DNA of 64,000 nucleotides, taken from NCBI GenBank assembly GCA_051362555.1, contig CM120641.1:26790401-26854400 (forward strand). The letters run 5' to 3'. Shown one piece after another: positions 59,901 through 64,000 of the stretch. The stretch comes from Lingula anatina (taxonomy: Eukaryota > Animalia > Brachiopoda). Under the pieces are notes generated by a model that was given only the letters and a program-made list of their open reading frames with translations, was not told the DNA's origin and searched no databases. The position numbers and the translations under genes are program-made. How positions within the stretch are numbered: position 1 is the first letter of the stretch; every line of letters starts with the position of its first letter.

Positions 59901-62640
59901 AAATTGGACAATAATTTGCAGGAAAGGAGACTTAAATGTTATATGACTGGAAAGAGTCTGTAAATAAATATGCCACTATAAATGCATCTTTCATAGGATG
60001 TGGACTCATTTTTATGCCAAAGGTAAGATCAAGTAAGGTGTGGGAATTTTAAATCAGACTGGGTTCAGCTAGTTGTGGGTGTACCTCAAGAGACATAATT
60101 ATGCCTTATCCTTTTTTACAGCCATGATGAATTATCTTAAATAGGCCTGTGGCCAGCAATTTCAAAAGGGGGGGGGGGGGGGTCTTTGTATGAAAAAGTG
60201 GACCATTAACCATGACACCTTCATGTACCTAGATAAAATTTTACCCAGTGGAGACCTTTTCCACCCCCCTGGCTATGGGCCTCTTAAAACTTGCTGTGAA
60301 TATATTAAAATTTGCAGATGAAAATGTGTCAGTTTGGTCAAAAAGCACTGCTAACACAGGTGCTAGGACAAATGTACAACTGAGCTGGTGAAAGTGAAGC
60401 TGACTGCAAAGAAAATCAAATGCATGGATTTTAACTTTAATATAAAACACCAAATTCATCAAAAGGTGGCAATAATGCAGAAAGAGTGCACACATTTAAA
60501 TTACTAGGCATAATTTATCTGACCTGAAGAGGATGAAACATGGAAAATCAATGCATGTTGCATGTATTCCAAGTCTTGTGCCAAACTTTTCTTTTATCTT
60601 AGGCACTTTAAAAGGACCAACCTGACAACTCAAGATATATTAGTCATATATCTGTCAATAACTAGATCAACTTTAGAATATGCATGTCCTGCATGGGGAC
60701 CCTGGGAACAACTTAATTGCTTGGAGTCTGTCCAAAAAAGGACTCTCAGAAATAATTTTCCAGGTAAGTTACAATGAAGACCTTCATGCCAGTAACTTCA
60801 TTCCCCTGGGAGGAGAGGAGAGACACTTTATTGAAGAAACTTTATGTAAAAAAAATAAATAAATAAAAAAAGAAGAGAAAAAAATTAGGAGCTGTGAAAA
60901 GTAAGGTCACTTGCTTCAAGCAAGGCATGTGACAAAACTGAGAAATAACTGAGAGATAACAACAAGTTAAAACAGCATTTTAAGCGATCCTTGATAACAC
61001 AAAGCCTTATTAAAGTTTTTAAACATATTGGTCCAAATTGTTTTAAAGCTTTTATCAACTCCCAGCATCCAACATTATTTTGTAACTTGACATGTAGTAA
61101 ATTATATTTATATAGATATTTAGATAAGTTATACATTTTACTTAAAATTGTCAAATTTCTATCTCAGGGTTGCAGTTGAGGAAATATTATTTTTTCTTTA
61201 ATTTTTTGACATATCTATAATAATAATAATAATAATAAAAAGAATACGATTCAAACAGCAAAAAGCTAAAGTTTGTAAAAAAGAATACTTCAATGCTACA
61301 TGTCATAAAATAAACAGGGCTTCTATGATATTATATGAATAGTTTTTTAATACATTTACAAATAATTTAATTGGAATACCACAGACTACTTTCATATATC
61401 CCCATTGTCCTAGTAGTTACCATTTCAACCTTCACGTTGTCCATTACACTGAAAAATTTACCATTCCAGACACTATCAGTAATAAAAAAAGGATTCATTC
61501 AAACAAATCAAATCAAATATATACACTCTAACCACCCTCTATTAAAAAGCCAAATACCTTTTCTGCACATATGAGGGAAAGTGCAAACTGGTACCAAACA
61601 TGGAATTCATCAAAGGAAAACTTCAGCGCCCTCTCCAATGACTGAAACAAATGAAATGGTCTTATAGACAAAACATCACTCTTACACTCATAACCATTCT
61701 CTTTATGAAAAGTGAACTATTACAGACAAACAAATTAATAAGATTTAATATTATCAATATCCTTATTCCAAAACAGACATTTCATTATGATTTTTATCTT
61801 CAGCTAAAACATTCTTAAAAAGATAATAAAAAATCATCACGATGACAACAATTTCTCACAGTAAATATATAGACCTTAAAGGAAAAAATAAGTATTATTA
61901 CTGATGCACCTCTGAAGATCTACTTTACAGATGTCATATGCAAGCTTTCAGCTCCTAATCTTCTTTGGGGATTATGTAAAAAAAAGTCAATATAATATTC
62001 ACCTGTGATAACTGGAGATATTGCATTTTCTTCACTAACACAATGGTGAGCAGGTCGTACACAGCACAGGCATTGTGGAAGGAGTGCTCCTTGGTTTCCT
62101 GCACCTCAGGAGATCTCTCTAACACAGCTGCCTTGCTGGCCTGGAATGTACAGTTAATAGTTGGTTAGCTGAGAGAACACTTTCACTAGCTCTGCATTCA
62201 GTCAATATAAAGCATGATTTATATAATATTTACAATCAAGTGCAATGAGAAATTGTAAGGTAATTCCTAGTCTCAGAGTAATAGACTGAGAAAGTTGGAC
62301 AACACGAAGAAAAATAATTAAGGTAATATTTTTTAAGAACAAGTCAATTGTGTTTAAATGGGGGAGGGGAGGGGTCAATGTCTTCTAGGGTGGAGAACAC
62401 GACCAGTGATTAGGGCCTGGAATTCTAGGTGAAAATACCAGATTAGTTATTCTCTGATGAAAACAGCTCACATCACATCTGAAGATATTTTGGTAGTTAT
62501 ATCTTACAATTTCTCATAGCTTTTGATAAGTATATCATTCATGTTGGTTATGTATGTTCCTTAAAAGAATCTCTTGTAATGATAAAGAGTGTATTCATGC
62601 GTGGGTGCATACACTAGTTTTTTTTTGAAAATAATAGTAA

Positions 62641-62680
<40 letters not shown>

Positions 62681-63866
62681 TTACAGTGAAAACAAAATTA
62701 GAATGTCTACAGTCAGGCTAAGAACTCTGACCAACAAACATCTCACCAGAGATTCTGCAATAATCAGTAACAGCAAGCACTCTTCATCTCTCTGCTGAGG
62801 TCTAAATCGACTGAAGAATAAAATACAATCATCATAAACCATCATGCATATTTTTCCTAATATTTTTATATTCCAAAACAAAAGCTACACTCAGTTTTAA
62901 AGCTACACATGAAGTCAAAGCTTTGCTATTAAGCTTGACCAAAATGCTTTCATGTAGTTTCGAATAGCATGTCAAAGGGTGTCGTCTCATACTTCAGGAA
63001 AAACAATGTTTGAAGTGATATTTTTGGCATTCTTTCTGTCCTATATATATGACCTTTAGTTGTTCTCATCCAGTCTTGTTTGAAATTTATGTTATTGCAT
63101 GTGCTGTAGCAATGCATCATATATTACTACATCATTTGGCAGACATTCATGAACTAGGAGGATTGATAAATGGGTCAAATTTACAACCAGAAATTTGAAG
63201 ATTAAGGTTCAGTTTTAAAACTATTTTTTTGGCTGCCCAAGGGATTACTTATTTGGTTTATCCCTTGGCATGTTGAATTTATTTGAGTTGTATAAAAAAC
63301 TAGCAAAAGTTGTTTATATGTGTCATATGGTATCCCCACACTCGCTTCATGTGTTACTTTAACGTGTATATGCAAATCCCTTAAATACCTTGAACCAACA
63401 TATCTTCTAGGCTCTAATGTATTTTCTCCAAGTTTTTTCCTGCCTGTAACATTCTCTGGTGGCATGTAGGTTTTATCACAAACACCCCTTAAAAGAACTT
63501 CTGCAAGCTGTCTTGCTAGGGTCTGAAAAGAAATTTCAATTGATCAGCTGTCTTTTTATGTCTTGCTTAATGAAAAATAACACAAGTGTGGTTCCAGCAC
63601 ATATCTTTCTAGTATTATTCTATATATTCCCAAAAACAAGATAAATAAATAAATAAATAAATATTAAATGAAAAACAAATAAAAATGTAATTCCACTCAG
63701 AATAAAGCCAATGGTTAAATGTCTAGTTCATTAGGGATTTCAAAAGATATTCATTTTGTCTTTACACACTTGAAACAAAATGTTTACCATTCTCATGCTT
63801 TGTGTTGATCTGGATTCCACAGCTGTTAGGAGTTCTCTAAAGGCTCCAATACCTCGATTGAGCTTC
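44986..63866 (-). CDS. TTC7B: Tetratricopeptide repeat protein 7 (TTC7A/B ortholog, PI4KIIIalpha complex scaffold), 5'-partial
   Basis: Exons 63866-63788, 63522-63389, 62810-62747, 62140-62003, 61641-61558, 59738-59634, 59111-58942, [one expected exon not located], 51519-51359, 50209-50093, 49361-49267, 47887-47747, 46894-46797, 46473-46369, 45837-45746, 45118-44986. Diagnostic peptides [62 protein letters not shown] and [11 protein letters not shown]. Confidence 0.93.
45536..45734. mobile_element. Degenerate Harbinger-like MITE
   Basis: Imperfect TIR ACCTTAGTTTCACAA / TTGTGAAACCAGGGC, flanked by CAG on both sides. Confidence 0.55.
50848..51128. mobile_element. Palindromic MITE
   Basis: Long imperfect inverted arms TTCAGAT..CCATCACACCAGCTGGATCGA..CTCTGCAGG / CCTGCAGAG..TCGATCTAGCTAGTGCGATGG..ATCTGAA, and inner arms TGTCTGACA..GGGGTAATTAA / TTAATTACCCC..TGTCAGACA. 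Confidence 0.7.
52433..52678. mobile_element. Harbinger-like MITE with CTG TSD
   Basis: CTG|GGCCCAGTTTCAT...ATGAAACTGGGCC|CTG with internal GGATAA/TTATCC motifs. Confidence 0.78.
52690..53002. mobile_element. Palindromic MITE with ends related to the 12756 and 17169 elements
   Basis: Inverted arms of about 80 bp: CCATTCAGA.TGAGAAGAGCTGAGTGCTA..GACCTAAATATGGCGGAC.TACATGAAAGG and its reverse complement. Confidence 0.82.
53213..53318. repeat. Compound (AAT)n plus (TG)n microsatellite
   Basis: Direct observation. Confidence 0.95.
53820..54823. mobile_element. About 1 kb non-autonomous PIF/Harbinger-like DNA transposon, CpG-rich and probably recent
   Basis: Perfect TIR GGCCACACTTTTTTATTTTTATGGATGACATCCT and its reverse complement; TTA on both flanks; no transposase ORF recognised. 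Confidence 0.87.
59805..59882. repeat. (AAAT)n / (AAT)n low-complexity repeat
   Basis: Direct observation. Confidence 0.9.
60490..60830 (+). mobile_element. Degenerate LINE (L2/CR1-group) ORF2 C-terminal fragment
   Basis: Translation [10 protein letters not shown]...[17 protein letters not shown]...[10 protein letters not shown] matches the conserved post-RT segment Y...IRS.LEYACPVW...LE.IQKRALR. Confidence 0.75.
62649..62677. repeat. (AT)n microsatellite
   Basis: Direct observation. Confidence 0.9.
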
Positions 63867-64000
63867 CTAAAAGTTTAAGAGAAAATCAAATTATTTCAAT
63901 GACAAAATAAAATCATAATTACAGCTGCAGCCATAAACAAGCTCAGTGAAATGGCAAATATATCTAAAACTTTGCTGCTCTATGATATCACCAAGCTAAA

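Overview
AT-rich, intron-containing animal genomic DNA, probably an invertebrate bilaterian (possibly lophotrochozoan; inferred, not proven). Most ORF-track entries are spurious, so gene models were rebuilt by hand from GT-AG splice sites and phase continuity. In order: a 4-exon CS(p23/SGT1)-domain gene (+); a LIN-24-like aerolysin/ETX-MTX2 pore-forming gene plus a short paralog lacking the pore module (-); a secreted DsbA/thioredoxin-fold gene with two duplicated terminal exons (-); a truncated N-lobe-only calmodulin created by tandem duplication (+); an 8-exon beta-propeller gene (-); full-length calmodulin (+); STPG4 (+); and the 3' portion of TTC7 (-). Many MITEs and microsatellites are interspersed. 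The main observation is that the calmodulin gene ends in an array of six homologous alternative terminal exons, each with an in-phase acceptor and stop codon, which diversify helix H of EF-hand 4. Candidate docking/selector RNA pairings lie among them. The CaM-STPG4-TTC7 order and orientation match human CALM2-STPG4-TTC7A.
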